A DNA stretch of 64,000 nt from Candidatus Latescibacterota bacterium (GTDB lineage: Bacteria; Latescibacterota; Latescibacteria; Latescibacterales; Latescibacteraceae): NCBI GenBank assembly GCA_042572165.1, contig JBHPFF010000001.1, positions 10,770-74,769 of the forward strand. The letters are read 5' to 3'. Below the pieces are notes generated by a model that was given only the letters and a program-made list of their open reading frames with translations, ran no database searches and was not told the origin of the DNA. Positions 1-10,290 of the stretch are shown here, in pieces (within the stretch, counting starts at the first letter, position 1; the number at the start of each line of letters is the position of its first letter). A program made the translations under genes and the position numbers.

Positions 1-120
1 TGATGTCGTTTGATAAATCGGAACAGCCCGTGATCCAGTTGAAGGATCGGGCTCCTGTCCGGCATGAAGAGATCTTGTAGCTAATCCTCTGTATTCTGTA
101 CCCATTGAAATATCTCCTTT

Positions 121-570
121 TTAGATACTATATTCAATTAATCCTCGATTCATCAGCTTACGCTGTCGTTCTGTAAGATCTTCCAGTGTAATCGAATTGA
201 GCACATTTTCTATCGTCTCTTTAATTTCTTTCCATACATAAAATGTTGCACAATCCACCATTCTTTTACACTCGTAGTTACCAGTACATGAAACCACATC
301 GAAAGGCCCCTCCAGTGACCGTACAATATCACCGAGGGTTATCTCGGAAGGAGCTTTCGCCAGTTCATATCCTCCCTTGGCTCCCCGCGTGCTTATTAGG
401 ATTCCAGATGTCCGAAGTGTATTAAGTATCTGCTCAAGGTATCGCTCAGATATCTCCTGACTTTCAGAAATCTCGCGGACCATGACAGGTCCTGAACCAT
501 ATTTGAGTGACAGTTCAAGAGCCGCTCTGGCTCCATACCTTCCTTTTGTTGAAATTTTCATTTTGACCAC
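121..570 (-). CDS. Rrf2-family transcriptional regulator (IscR/NsrR-like)
   Basis: N-terminal ISTKGRYGARAALELS helix-turn-helix, typical of Rrf2 proteins. A C-x5-C-x5-C motif (SCTGNYECKRMVDC) matches the Fe-S ligand spacing of IscR/NsrR. 149 aa. Confidence 0.85.
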   Translation of the reverse strand: MVKMKISTKGRYGARAALELSLKYGSGPVMVREISESQEISERYLEQILNTLRTSGILISTRGAKGGYELAKAPSEITLGDIVRSLEGPFDVVSCTGNYECKRMVDCATFYVWKEIKETIENVLNSITLEDLTERQRKLMNRGLIEYSI

Positions 571-1403
571 CTGTTTTATCAGTTGATGATACTGTTTTAC
601 GGAGAGGTGTTCATTTTTCAGATAAACCTTTTATTAATTTTCAACTCTTTTTTATAGCAGAGAGAATAAAATTTATTTTATATATTACTAATTCTATCGG
701 AATTATAATTTATATGTTTTCTTTTTCATTGTCAAGCATTTTTAAGGATAGTATTTAAGAAAATTGCATACTTATGTTTTGAAAACAGTGACAAGTATGA
801 CTTGAAACATAAATAATTTTACTGTAAATTTACATAAACAAGACCATAGCTCTATAGGGAATTGGAGTTAAATTCTCTTTAACTCAGAAGTATTTTGACT
901 TTTGATTATTGGGAATGTCATCGTACTATTATAATAATTATTTCATTCTACTAAATAGTCAGTTCTATAAAATATTTGTAAATTTACTTTCCTAATTCCA
1001 GATTGCTATATCAATCTTTTCTCTTATGTTGAATATAATCAAGTGAGTGGTTTAGACACTACATGTCTGTTCCTCTATAAGTTCTTGGTAATAAAAGAAA
1101 ATAATGAAAATAGTAAGAATTTTTAATCCTACTAAAAAATATATCGATGGGGAATTTTTTAATTGACATACAGGAAATCTGAACATAGGCACTCTGAGGC
1201 CTGCAAATCTTAAAACCACATTTTCTTAATTTCAGACTATTCTGTAGTTTTTTTAAAATAAAAGTTTTACAAAGACGAACTTGAAAATTTCTAACGATTA
1301 GCCCATCCCATATTTCACTGCGGCGAAAAAACTGAGAAATATTCTGCTGAATATTTAACTTGAAGTTACTTCAAAAAGAGATTATATTTTATATATATCA
1401 GTT

Positions 1404-1892
1404 TTGTTTAATATGCTCATACTCTTAATGAATCAAAAAATGAAAACAGCTTTTCCACAAGTTCATAAAATAACAGCATGGATAGCCCTGTTTGCCGGGC
1501 TTCTGACATGCACAGGTCAAGCGGGAGAGTTTGTGATTTGCCTTGGCGAGGACGGCCACATTGCGATTGAGGCTGTTGTTAACAGGCAGTGTGAATGCAA
1601 CAGAGAGGTAAATATCCCTGAAAGACTTTACGTTTCGCTTCAAGATGAGGTTGTGTCTTCCCACCATCATGAATGTGATCATTTTGATATCCCTATTTTC
1701 ATGAATGATACTGGTGAGTTTATTACTCAGGTTAAATATATTGTAACTCATAACCAGATCACTTCTCTTTTTGACAGCACTTTCATAAACACTTATTTTG
1801 ATGAAATAATTCAAGAAGTACTTATTATTGAGCCGCCTCCAGACATAAATCCGGTGCTCGTATCTATCCTCACAGTTATTTCCTTATCCTGA
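1404..1892 (+). CDS. hypothetical exported protein with Cys/His motifs (CECN, HHHECDH)
   Basis: ORF with a hydrophobic N-terminal segment (AWIALFAGLLTC) after an internal Met near 1440. Contains His/Cys clusters. Sits upstream of a metal efflux operon. No recognisable family. Confidence 0.4.
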   Translation: MFNMLILLMNQKMKTAFPQVHKITAWIALFAGLLTCTGQAGEFVICLGEDGHIAIEAVVNRQCECNREVNIPERLYVSLQDEVVSSHHHECDHFDIPIFMNDTGEFITQVKYIVTHNQITSLFDSTFINTYFDEIIQEVLIIEPPPDINPVLVSILTVISLS

Positions 1893-2127
1893 ATCTTTCC
1901 TAGCTTTCTGCTTCTGAGGTTTAACGCCAAAAAATGCAGTACAATAAATCATTTTGTCCTGAACATGTTTCCTTGTGCTGTTAAACAAAATGCGAAAATA
2001 TTAATTTCTTTTACCTGTGCTTACATGATTCTCAAACAATAAAATGTAAATCTTTCCGAAGAAGTTTACGTTACTATGAGTCGATGGTCTTGTTTTACCA
2101 TGGCTTTTTACATTGCGGAGATAATAT

Positions 2128-3387
2128 ATGATGCGAAATAGATTGATTTGTTTAGTGTTATTAATTTTGCTTGTTTCCTTACCTGCGCAAGGTATTACTC
2201 AGAAAATCACACTAAAGCAGGCAATAGAAGAGACAATTGCTCATAATCCGGAGATTTTAAAAGCTGGCGAGGAACTCAAGGCTGTCAATGCCGGATTCTG
2301 GAAAACTGTCTCACCTGAAAATCCCGGATTTTTTACCGAATATGAGGAGATACCGACAGGGCGACATTCCCTTTCAGGTTATAGTGAGAGAAAAATCGGT
2401 TTAGCACAGGAATTTGATTTTCCGCTGGCTTATTACTACCGCGGGCAGTGGTATAATCAAGAGATACAACAGGCAGATGCGGAATACCGCCTGCTTCGTA
2501 ACGAAGTGATTGTAGAGGTCAAGAAACGTTTTCTCAGGGTTCAGCTTTTAGAAAAAAAGAAACAGTTGTATGAAAACAGCGCTCTTTTAACTCGCCGTCT
2601 CTTTCAACAAGCACAAATCAGAGTTGAGTCAGGTGAGTCTGCACCGTATGATACTCTGAGAGTAAAAATAGATTTAGCAGAAGCAGAAAATAACATTCTT
2701 GCTGTTACAAAGGAATATGAAACCGCTCTTTTTAGCCTGAAGCTTCTTATGGGAAGAGGAAAATCCGATACGATCCATCTTGCGGGAGAACTTACCTTTT
2801 CTCCAATATCGTTACACGGGGATTCCCTAAAACAAATGGCAATGGTTCACCATCCTGTTCTGAAGAAAGCAGCTTCATCGGTCAATCAAAAAAACATTGA
2901 AAAAAAGCTGTCGTATCTAAAATTTATGCCAAATTTCGAGTTGAGCTATTTCAGGCAGGATTTTAGAGATGTAACTTCACCCAAAGCATGGGGTGGAGAA
3001 ATCGGTTTTTCAATTCCTTTATGGTCGTTTCTTATGGGAAGAGGAGCTACTAGGGCTGCATCTCATGAGATAGAAGCCGCCCGGTGGCAAATCGAAGTAG
3101 AGAAGAGAAAAGTGCTGCTTGAAGTTGAGGGTGCTTTTTCAGTCCTCTTTGTTGCCGAGAGACATGTAAATAATTTTCATCAAAATATTTTGCGTGAGGT
3201 TGAAGAACTCGTACGTATTGCATCACGCAGTTACGAAGAGGGAGAGATGGGATACCTGGAGGTAACCGAGGCTTATAGAACCAGAAACAGGACAATGGTC
3301 AGATATTACGATAGGTTATTTGAATATTGTGTCGCTCAAGCCGACCTGGAAAAAGCGGTAGGAGTTCCACTTTTAGGTGATAAATAA
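2128..3387 (+). CDS. outer membrane efflux protein (TolC/CzcC-type outer membrane factor)
   Basis: Signal peptide, then LKQAIEETIAHNPEI, the typical opening of outer membrane factor proteins. About 420 aa with repeated coiled-coil-like halves. First gene of the adaptor-pump operon. Confidence 0.8.
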   Translation: MMRNRLICLVLLILLVSLPAQGITQKITLKQAIEETIAHNPEILKAGEELKAVNAGFWKTVSPENPGFFTEYEEIPTGRHSLSGYSERKIGLAQEFDFPLAYYYRGQWYNQEIQQADAEYRLLRNEVIVEVKKRFLRVQLLEKKKQLYENSALLTRRLFQQAQIRVESGESAPYDTLRVKIDLAEAENNILAVTKEYETALFSLKLLMGRGKSDTIHLAGELTFSPISLHGDSLKQMAMVHHPVLKKAASSVNQKNIEKKLSYLKFMPNFELSYFRQDFRDVTSPKAWGGEIGFSIPLWSFLMGRGATRAASHEIEAARWQIEVEKRKVLLEVEGAFSVLFVAERHVNNFHQNILREVEELVRIASRSYEEGEMGYLEVTEAYRTRNRTMVRYYDRLFEYCVAQADLEKAVGVPLLGDK

Positions 3388-3481
3388 GATACCGGCAGTC
3401 TACAACCAGCTAGAAGCGTTGAAGAGTAAAATTGTAAAACATCGGCGGAAGCTTAATGCCGTATTTCGGAGGTATAATCAC

Positions 3482-4885
3482 ATGAAACGTCTAAAACTGT
3501 TAATCGTTCTGATCCTTTATGTCCTTTGGGGAACCTGCATCAACGGATGTAGCGACAATCACGAATCTGATATACATGATCATGAGCATTCCGAAAATGT
3601 TCAACCAAGCACGGAACATAATGAGGAAGCAGGGGAATACGAAGACCATGACCATGAAGATGATGACAACAGTGACCATGAACAAGACCATGAAGATGAA
3701 CATGAACACATTGAGCAGGAAGATAATGATCATAATCACGATTCTGATAGTGAAGGATACGAGGAGACTGATCATGAGCACGAAGAAGGTGACGCAAACA
3801 ATCATCAGGAAGAAGAGTCGGTTAGTAGTGGTGATGAGTGGGAGGAATTGATAGGTCTTGAAACAGCCGAAGCTCTTTTGATGCCTCTCGAACTGACAAT
3901 TTCTGTTCCGGGCCAGATAGTTCCGAATCAAAACCAGATTGCCGTTGTCAGCCCTTTTGTCGAGTCAAGTATCAATGAAGTATTTGTTAATATTGGTGAT
4001 AAAGTTGAATCAAATGAAATGCTGCTATGCCTTATCAGTCCTGAGATCGGGATGTTACGTGCCGAATACGGTAAGGCAAAAGCTGAACTGGATATTAGAA
4101 GTCAGAACTTTAAAAGACAGTTAGAATTGTTCGAGGGGAAAATTATTTCACGTAAATCGTATCAAGAAGCTGAACTTGAACAGAAAAATTCAGAGATTCA
4201 TTATAATTATGTAGTACAAAAGCTTCTTGCAGTAGGTGTCCAAAATAATGAAATAGAAAATCCGCCAACCGGCCAATGTGATGATGTCGGCTCTACCATT
4301 CATATTTGTGCGCCAATATCAGGTATTGTTACCTCCAGAAATGCAAGTATTGGTCAGAAAGTGGATTCATCCAAACAACTGTTCGAAATTATGAATCTTG
4401 ATAATGTATGGTTAGAAGCGGATATTTTTGAAAAAGATTTAACAAAAATACAGGTGGGACAAACGGTTAAAGTTAAAGTGTCTGCTTACCCACAAAGTAT
4501 TTTCACCGGTAAAATATTCTATATTGCAAACACCCTGAACAGTGATACAAAAACCATAAATATTTTAGTTGAAATCGATAATAAACAGGAAAAACTTAAA
4601 CCCGGTATGTTTGCTGAAACCAATATTGTAGTCGGGGAAAAACCGAGTACCCTGGTGGTTCCAAAAGAAGCGGTTCTGGAAGATGAAAATTTGAAAATAG
4701 TGTTTGTCAGGGAAGAAGAAGAATATCACCGTCATGTTGTCACAACCGGAACTGAGTCTGTTGAAATGGTTGAGATTTTATACGGTTTGGCGCCGGGTGC
4801 TATTGTAGTAACGAAAGGTAATTATCAGTTGAAATCAAAATTAATAATGAGCGAACTTGATCCCCATGCAGGTCATAGCCATTAA
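3482..4885 (+). CDS. RND efflux periplasmic adaptor lipoprotein (CzcB/CusB/ZneB-like) with His/Asp/Glu-rich N-terminal tract
   Basis: Probable true start is MKRLKLL at 3482; the listed ORF start at 3377 overlaps the upstream gene. Lipobox-like LWGTCINGCS. About 110 aa of H/D/E-rich low complexity (DHEHSEN...DHDHEDDD...HEDEHEH). C-terminal HlyD-like beta-barrel/lipoyl region (LEADIFEKDLTKIQVGQTVKV). Confidence 0.85.
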   Translation: MKRLKLLIVLILYVLWGTCINGCSDNHESDIHDHEHSENVQPSTEHNEEAGEYEDHDHEDDDNSDHEQDHEDEHEHIEQEDNDHNHDSDSEGYEETDHEHEEGDANNHQEEESVSSGDEWEELIGLETAEALLMPLELTISVPGQIVPNQNQIAVVSPFVESSINEVFVNIGDKVESNEMLLCLISPEIGMLRAEYGKAKAELDIRSQNFKRQLELFEGKIISRKSYQEAELEQKNSEIHYNYVVQKLLAVGVQNNEIENPPTGQCDDVGSTIHICAPISGIVTSRNASIGQKVDSSKQLFEIMNLDNVWLEADIFEKDLTKIQVGQTVKVKVSAYPQSIFTGKIFYIANTLNSDTKTINILVEIDNKQEKLKPGMFAETNIVVGEKPSTLVVPKEAVLEDENLKIVFVREEEEYHRHVVTTGTESVEMVEILYGLAPGAIVVTKGNYQLKSKLIMSELDPHAGHSH

Positions 4886-4899
4886 TCGGGAGTAAGTCA

Positions 4900-7800
4900 A
4901 TGATAAATAGATTAATAGAATACTCTTTAAAGAACCGCGCAATAGTTATTTTAGCAGTTCTCATTTTATCGGGGATTAGTTACAAGTATTTCAGAGAACT
5001 CCCGGTAGATGTGTATCCAGACCTGAATGCTCCGATAGTGAATGTTATGACCGAAAATCATGGCATGGCACCAGATGATATCGAAACGTTAATTACGTTC
5101 CCCCTTGAAAGTTCATTCAATTCACTGCCCCATGTAAAAAGGGTCAGATCGAATTCAGCACTGGGATTGTCGAAAATCAGCATAGAATTCGAGTACGGAA
5201 CAAATATTTATTTTGCACGCCAGCTTGTATCGGAAAAACTTCAGTTGGTTGCTCCTTTATTGCCGGAGGATACTGAGGCTCCTTTTATTGGCCCCATATC
5301 CTCGATGTTCGCTGATGCAATTGAGTTTACGATTAGTGGAGATGACCTTTTTTCTATACGCGACTTTGCGGAATGGAATTTAAAGCCACGGCTTCAGACG
5401 GTTCCGGGTGTGTCCACTGTGATCAATTTCGGTGGATATTTGAAACAATATCATATTCTTCTCGATCCCAATAGAATGCTGAAATACGGTATTCATGTCC
5501 AGGATGTCATAGATGCCTTGGGAGAAAATAATATTAACTCATCAGGAGGTTATCTGTTAAAAGGACCGGTGGAGAATATAATCAGGGGGATGGGGAGAAT
5601 TAAATCCATCGATGATATAAATAATATAATCCTGAAACATAATAAGAGTGTGCCGATTTATATAAGCAATGTAGCCGATGTCGAAGTCGGCGCTTTTCAA
5701 CGGAGAGGTACATCGGGTGTCAGTGGGGAAGAGGTTGTGGTTGTGACTGTCCAGAACCAGTACAATTCAAATGTACTGAAAACAATAAAGGGAGTTGAAG
5801 AAGTATTAGCCAATCTAAAAGGAGCAGTTACCGACGATTTAAAGATTGAAACATTTTATACGCAACTGGACATGATAATGAAGTCAGTCAACAATATTTC
5901 AGGTGCGATAATTCTCGGAGCGATCCTGGTCATATTGGTTCTCTATGTTTTCCTTAATAATATCGGGAGTACTCTGGTGGTTTCGCTGGCAATCCCGCTT
6001 TGCGGGCTCATTGCCATGATATTTTTTAAGATATTCAATCTGACATTAAACATCATGACATTGAGTGGTATTGCTATCGGCTTGGGAATGATAGTTGACA
6101 GTTCTATTATTATGGCGGAGAATATTTACCGGCATGTGCAGGAGGGTGATAGATTACACGAAGCACTCATACGGGGAGCACAGGAAGTGGGCAATCCGAT
6201 CTTTTATGCCACACTCATTCTTCTTGCTGTTTTTGCTCCGATTTTTACCTTACAGGGAATAGAAGGAAAGATGTTCATTCCCCTGACTTTCGCAGTATCA
6301 GCAACGGTATTCGGATCGTTGTTGATTTCTCTTATTATTACGCCGGTCCTGGCATCAATTATATATAAGAAAAACAACAGGAAGTCTAATAAAAACCGGG
6401 TTTTACTGGCAATCAAAAAGATGTATAACCCCGTTTTAATTTTTGCTTTAGCACATCCGGTACGATTAATAATCACATGCTTGGTATTAATCGCACTGGG
6501 TATACTGGTATCATTTAGGGTCGGTACGGAGTTTATGCCGGAAATGGACGAATCTTCATTGCTCATGGACGTTCTTTTACCTCCCGAGGCCTCGCTGGAA
6601 GAATCGAGCAGAATAGCATCGCTCTTATCTCTCAGAGTTTCAGAGATTCCTGAAGTTATAAAAGTAGTAAGGAGCACAGGAAGAGCAAGGGGAGCTGAGC
6701 ACGCTGCGCCTGTTAATCTCACTCATTCAAACTGCATACTGGTCCCCAAGGAAGAAAGGCGGACATCAATTGAGGAAATCAAAGAAAAAATCAGGCGCAA
6801 GGTCTCGGGCGTTCCGGGAGTAAGTGTAATACTTAACGCTCCTCTCCAGCACAGGATAAACCACGTTGTCACGGGAACAAGATCGGCGATTGCGGTTAAA
6901 ATATTCGGAGAGAATTTGAACTCCCTTACAGAACTTGCTGAAACAATCCAAACTATAATGGGCACTGTACAAGGCGTTACCGACCTACAGATGGAACAAG
7001 TTGCAGGTGTCCCGCAGCTTCAGATACATTTTAACCGCAGGAAGCTGGCACGATACGGTTTAAATGTGAAAGATGTTTCGGATGTAATTGAAGTCGCGTT
7101 AAACGGAAAAGTAGCGACGGAACTGATTGAGACACAGAAACGCTATGAGGTTTTCGTCAGATTCAAAGAAGAATTTCGCAATAACAGAAAGACGATAGAA
7201 AATATTTTAATCGAAACCCCATCGGGATACAGAATTCCCCTAAGTGAAATTGCCGATTTTGTAGATGACAGAAATCCTGCCATTATCAGACGTGAAGACG
7301 CAATCAGACGTGCCATGATTCAATGTAATGTGACCGGAAAAGACATGGGCAGCGTTGTCGATGATATCAAAAACAGGATTTCTCAATTAACCCTGCCTGA
7401 AGGATATTTTATTACGTTCGGAGGCACCTATGAGAACCAGATTAGAGCTATGAAACAACTTACCGTTGTTGTCATTTTGACAATTATCATTGTATTCTGC
7501 CTTCTTGTAATAAGTTTTCGCTCTTTTAAAAATGCACTTTTGATAATCATCTGCATTCCGCTTGCATTGGTGGGAGGAATTTTGATCCTTTATATCACCG
7601 GAAATACTATTTCCGTACCATCGATCGTTGGTTTTATCGTATTGATCGGAATTTCTGTCCAGGATGGTATAGTCCTCGTAAGCCACATAAACAGGTACAG
7701 GAAAGAAGGGGCGCCTCTAAGAGATGCGATAATAAAGGGAGGAAATACCAAGATCCGTCCGGTTCTCATGACTACTTTTACCACAATGCTGGGGTTGTTA

Positions 7801-7941
7801 CCATTAGCTATGCGCAATGTTACGGGCTCAGAAATTCAAAAACCACTGGCATTTGTCATAATGTTTGGACTGTTATTTTCAACGATTATCACGCTTATTG
7901 TGATACCGACGTTATATCTGGCATTAGAAAAAGAGGAATAG
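4900..7941 (+). CDS. heavy-metal efflux RND transporter, CzcA/CusA family
   Basis: 1013 aa with 12-TM RND topology. N-terminus (LIEYSLKNRAIVILAVLILSGISY...DVYPDLNAPIVNVMTE) is typical of the HME-RND family. Confidence 0.9.
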   Translation: MINRLIEYSLKNRAIVILAVLILSGISYKYFRELPVDVYPDLNAPIVNVMTENHGMAPDDIETLITFPLESSFNSLPHVKRVRSNSALGLSKISIEFEYGTNIYFARQLVSEKLQLVAPLLPEDTEAPFIGPISSMFADAIEFTISGDDLFSIRDFAEWNLKPRLQTVPGVSTVINFGGYLKQYHILLDPNRMLKYGIHVQDVIDALGENNINSSGGYLLKGPVENIIRGMGRIKSIDDINNIILKHNKSVPIYISNVADVEVGAFQRRGTSGVSGEEVVVVTVQNQYNSNVLKTIKGVEEVLANLKGAVTDDLKIETFYTQLDMIMKSVNNISGAIILGAILVILVLYVFLNNIGSTLVVSLAIPLCGLIAMIFFKIFNLTLNIMTLSGIAIGLGMIVDSSIIMAENIYRHVQEGDRLHEALIRGAQEVGNPIFYATLILLAVFAPIFTLQGIEGKMFIPLTFAVSATVFGSLLISLIITPVLASIIYKKNNRKSNKNRVLLAIKKMYNPVLIFALAHPVRLIITCLVLIALGILVSFRVGTEFMPEMDESSLLMDVLLPPEASLEESSRIASLLSLRVSEIPEVIKVVRSTGRARGAEHAAPVNLTHSNCILVPKEERRTSIEEIKEKIRRKVSGVPGVSVILNAPLQHRINHVVTGTRSAIAVKIFGENLNSLTELAETIQTIMGTVQGVTDLQMEQVAGVPQLQIHFNRRKLARYGLNVKDVSDVIEVALNGKVATELIETQKRYEVFVRFKEEFRNNRKTIENILIETPSGYRIPLSEIADFVDDRNPAIIRREDAIRRAMIQCNVTGKDMGSVVDDIKNRISQLTLPEGYFITFGGTYENQIRAMKQLTVVVILTIIIVFCLLVISFRSFKNALLIIICIPLALVGGILILYITGNTISVPSIVGFIVLIGISVQDGIVLVSHINRYRKEGAPLRDAIIKGGNTKIRPVLMTTFTTMLGLLPLAMRNVTGSEIQKPLAFVIMFGLLFSTIITLIVIPTLYLALEKEE

Positions 7942-7970
7942 TGGAGGGAAAATATAAAGTGACAACCACC

Positions 7971-8621
7971 ATGAAAAAAATAATAGTCTTACTTGCCTTC
8001 ATTCTATCATTGAGCAATGTTGTGACTGCTCAAGTATGCGGTCCTTCTTGCCCCGTTTGCTCGGGTAGTACTGATGGTTCCCTGCTTGCACCTCGATCTT
8101 TTCTTTTTACAACCATGAGCATTCCTGGCGGAGAGGAAGAAAATGGTGTTTTTAACTTACGATACGGGGCTTTTTCGAGGTTTGATGTGGGGACCGGATA
8201 TACCGCTAAAAGCAATAAAATTATCTGGAATGCAAGGTTTCAGGCAGTTTTAGAAGAGTCATGGAAACCTGGAATTATACTTGGCACCGGAAGCGTCAGA
8301 ACCGGAAAAAGTGACCAGTCGCTATACCTTCATATTACTAAATCATGGGAATTCTCGGAAAGTTTCGCTTTGCGAATTACTGCAGGTGTCGCAAGCCTTG
8401 TTCCGGAATATGAAAAAATATATGGATTAGGTAGTATAACAACGTCAATCGCTGAAAAATTTAGTCCTTTCGTGAGTTACGACGGAATAAACTTTCACGA
8501 AGGTTTAGCGTGGATACCACTGGAATGGCTCACTGTTTCTGCTTTACTGATTGAAAGTAAAGATCCTGCACTGGCAATAGGTATAAAACATAGTTTTACA
8601 AGTAATTTGACCATTGACTAA
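7971..8621 (+). CDS. hypothetical secreted protein with CGPSCPVC motif
   Basis: Start overlaps or abuts the czcA stop. Signal peptide MKKIIVLLAFILSLSNVVTA, followed immediately by C-x3-C-x2-C. No family recognised; presumably operonic with the efflux genes. Confidence 0.45.
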   Translation: MKKIIVLLAFILSLSNVVTAQVCGPSCPVCSGSTDGSLLAPRSFLFTTMSIPGGEEENGVFNLRYGAFSRFDVGTGYTAKSNKIIWNARFQAVLEESWKPGIILGTGSVRTGKSDQSLYLHITKSWEFSESFALRITAGVASLVPEYEKIYGLGSITTSIAEKFSPFVSYDGINFHEGLAWIPLEWLTVSALLIESKDPALAIGIKHSFTSNLTID

Positions 8622-8677
8622 AATCGCATAAAACATTTTAGTAGTATGAAGCAGGATAATTCTGCCGGAGGCAATGA

Positions 8678-9796
8678 ATGAAAAAAATATACATTGATTA
8701 CAACGCCAGTACCCCGATTGCACCAGAGGTGGTGGATGCCATGCGGTCATTCTTGACCGACCACTATGGCAATCCCTCAAGCAACCACTGGGCTGGAATA
8801 CCCGCGAAAGAAGCGGTGGAACAAGCTCGTTGTAAAGTGGCAGATTTACTGGGCTGCTTACCAGAGGAAATCATCTTCACAAGTGGAGGTACCGAGTCCA
8901 ACAATCATGCAATCAAGGGAGTTTTTTTCAATAATCAGAGCAAAGGCAACCATATAATCACAACCGCAATAGAACATCCGGCTGTCATTCAACCCTGCCG
9001 TTTCCTGGAGAGGTTGGGTGCTGAAGTAACCTATTTGCCTGTTGATGAAACAGGAATGATTGATTCTGGTGATGTACGAAAGGCTATCACTTCCCATACA
9101 ATACTGGTTAGTATAATGCATGCGAATAATGAGGTGGGGACGATTCAGCCCATTGAAGATATTTCACATATCACCCGCGAGCGAGAAATATTGTTTCACA
9201 CAGATGCCGCTCAATCAGTTGGAAAGATTCCTACCAGGGTTTCGGATCTGGGCGTAGACCTGTTGTCATTAGCTGGACACAAAGTATATGCTCCGAAAGG
9301 TGTCGGTGCTCTCTATATCAGGCAAGGAGTCCAGCTTGAACCATTCATCCATGGGGCGGGACACGAATCCGGTCATCGTGCCGGGACAGAGAATGTAATT
9401 CTCAATGTGGGACTCGGTACAGCGTGTGGATTAGCCCAATCATGGATAGGAATGATGCAAGTCAAAGAGCTTCAAGACCTCTTCTGGGATAAATTGGTTG
9501 AAGAGTTTGGAGACAGAGTCGTCCTCAACGGCCATCCCAGGGAACGGCTACCGAATACGCTCAACGTTTCATTTGTAGGTATGTCCGGAGCCGATATCCT
9601 GTCAAAACTAGAGGGAGTGGCTGCATCTACTGGTTCAGCATGTCATGAAGATTCTGTAGAGCTTTCGCCTGTTCTTAAGGCAATGGATATACAGGAGGAA
9701 TTGGGGATGGGAGCTATCCGTTTCAGTCTGGGAAGATCCACAACAAAAAGTGAAATTGAATATGTGATAGATCAATTAAAGCTTGTGATTGGGTAA
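8678..9796 (+). CDS. cysteine desulfurase (NifS/IscS-like, class V aminotransferase)
   Basis: N-terminus YIDYNASTPIAPEV...GNPSS.HWAG. PLP-lysine region SLAGHKVYAPKGVGALYIR. C-terminal SACHEDSVELSPVLKAM (active-site Cys). 372 aa. Confidence 0.9.
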   Translation: MKKIYIDYNASTPIAPEVVDAMRSFLTDHYGNPSSNHWAGIPAKEAVEQARCKVADLLGCLPEEIIFTSGGTESNNHAIKGVFFNNQSKGNHIITTAIEHPAVIQPCRFLERLGAEVTYLPVDETGMIDSGDVRKAITSHTILVSIMHANNEVGTIQPIEDISHITREREILFHTDAAQSVGKIPTRVSDLGVDLLSLAGHKVYAPKGVGALYIRQGVQLEPFIHGAGHESGHRAGTENVILNVGLGTACGLAQSWIGMMQVKELQDLFWDKLVEEFGDRVVLNGHPRERLPNTLNVSFVGMSGADILSKLEGVAASTGSACHEDSVELSPVLKAMDIQEELGMGAIRFSLGRSTTKSEIEYVIDQLKLVIG

Positions 9797-10140
9797 TTAC
9801 GCTGTTAAAGGAAATTTGGAATTGGTTTTATTAAAATGGTAAAATTGATAAAGTATATCACGTTATCTTAATATATCTCAGTTTGTGTCAGCAATGGTGG
9901 GAAATAGATGAAAAGGTGTGAAATGTGAACATTGAACAATTTTTTGTAATTGCAGAGACCATGCTGTTTTAGTTGATTTTTAATAAGTTACAAAAGTTAA
10001 ATAAAGCATTGCGCACATGACTGGCAGTCAGGAGGTCACAGATTTGTATTATTATTAAATCAATCAATTAACTAAATTGTATATTGACAAGATAATAGTC
10101 CGGAATTTACGTGCCAGTAATGAAAAAATTGAAAGAAAAA

Positions 10141-10177
10141 ACCATCGAAATTTAATCAGAACTCGATGGTTTTTTTA
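10141..10177. terminator. intrinsic-terminator-like hairpin flanked by an A-run and a T-run (could act bidirectionally)
   Basis: aaaaaACCATCGAaatttaatcagaacTCGATGGTttttttt: a perfect 8-bp stem followed by T7 on the plus strand, with A6 on the other side. Confidence 0.5.
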
Positions 10178-10255
10178 TAGGTAAAATCTTTGATTTACTG
10201 ACTGTTTACTGACTGTATTAGCTATTCGTAAGTTATTGTTTATATTGATTTGATA

Positions 10256-10290
10256 TGGTGGAGGCGGCGGGAATCGAACCCGCGTCTTTT
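10256..10290 (-). other. orphan tRNA 3'-end fragment (T-arm + acceptor 3' strand + CCA); no 5' half present
   Basis: The minus strand reads GACGCGGGTTCGATTCCCGCCGCCTCCACCA. This gives T-stem GCGGG/CCCGC, loop TTCGATT, acceptor CGCCTCC, discriminator A and CCA. The upstream sequence is AT-rich and cannot form D or anticodon arms. Confidence 0.6.

Noticed and set aside
3500-3931. Long ORFs on both strands inside the adaptor gene (143-aa minus, 110-aa plus, 85-aa minus)
   Set aside because: They are artefacts of the His/Asp/Glu codon repeats. They overlap a well-supported gene and have nonsensical composition.
6204-7817. Several 75-172-aa minus-strand ORFs inside czcA
   Set aside because: They lie fully within a 1013-aa RND pump gene with clear family signatures. 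They have no start context or motifs and are antisense noise.
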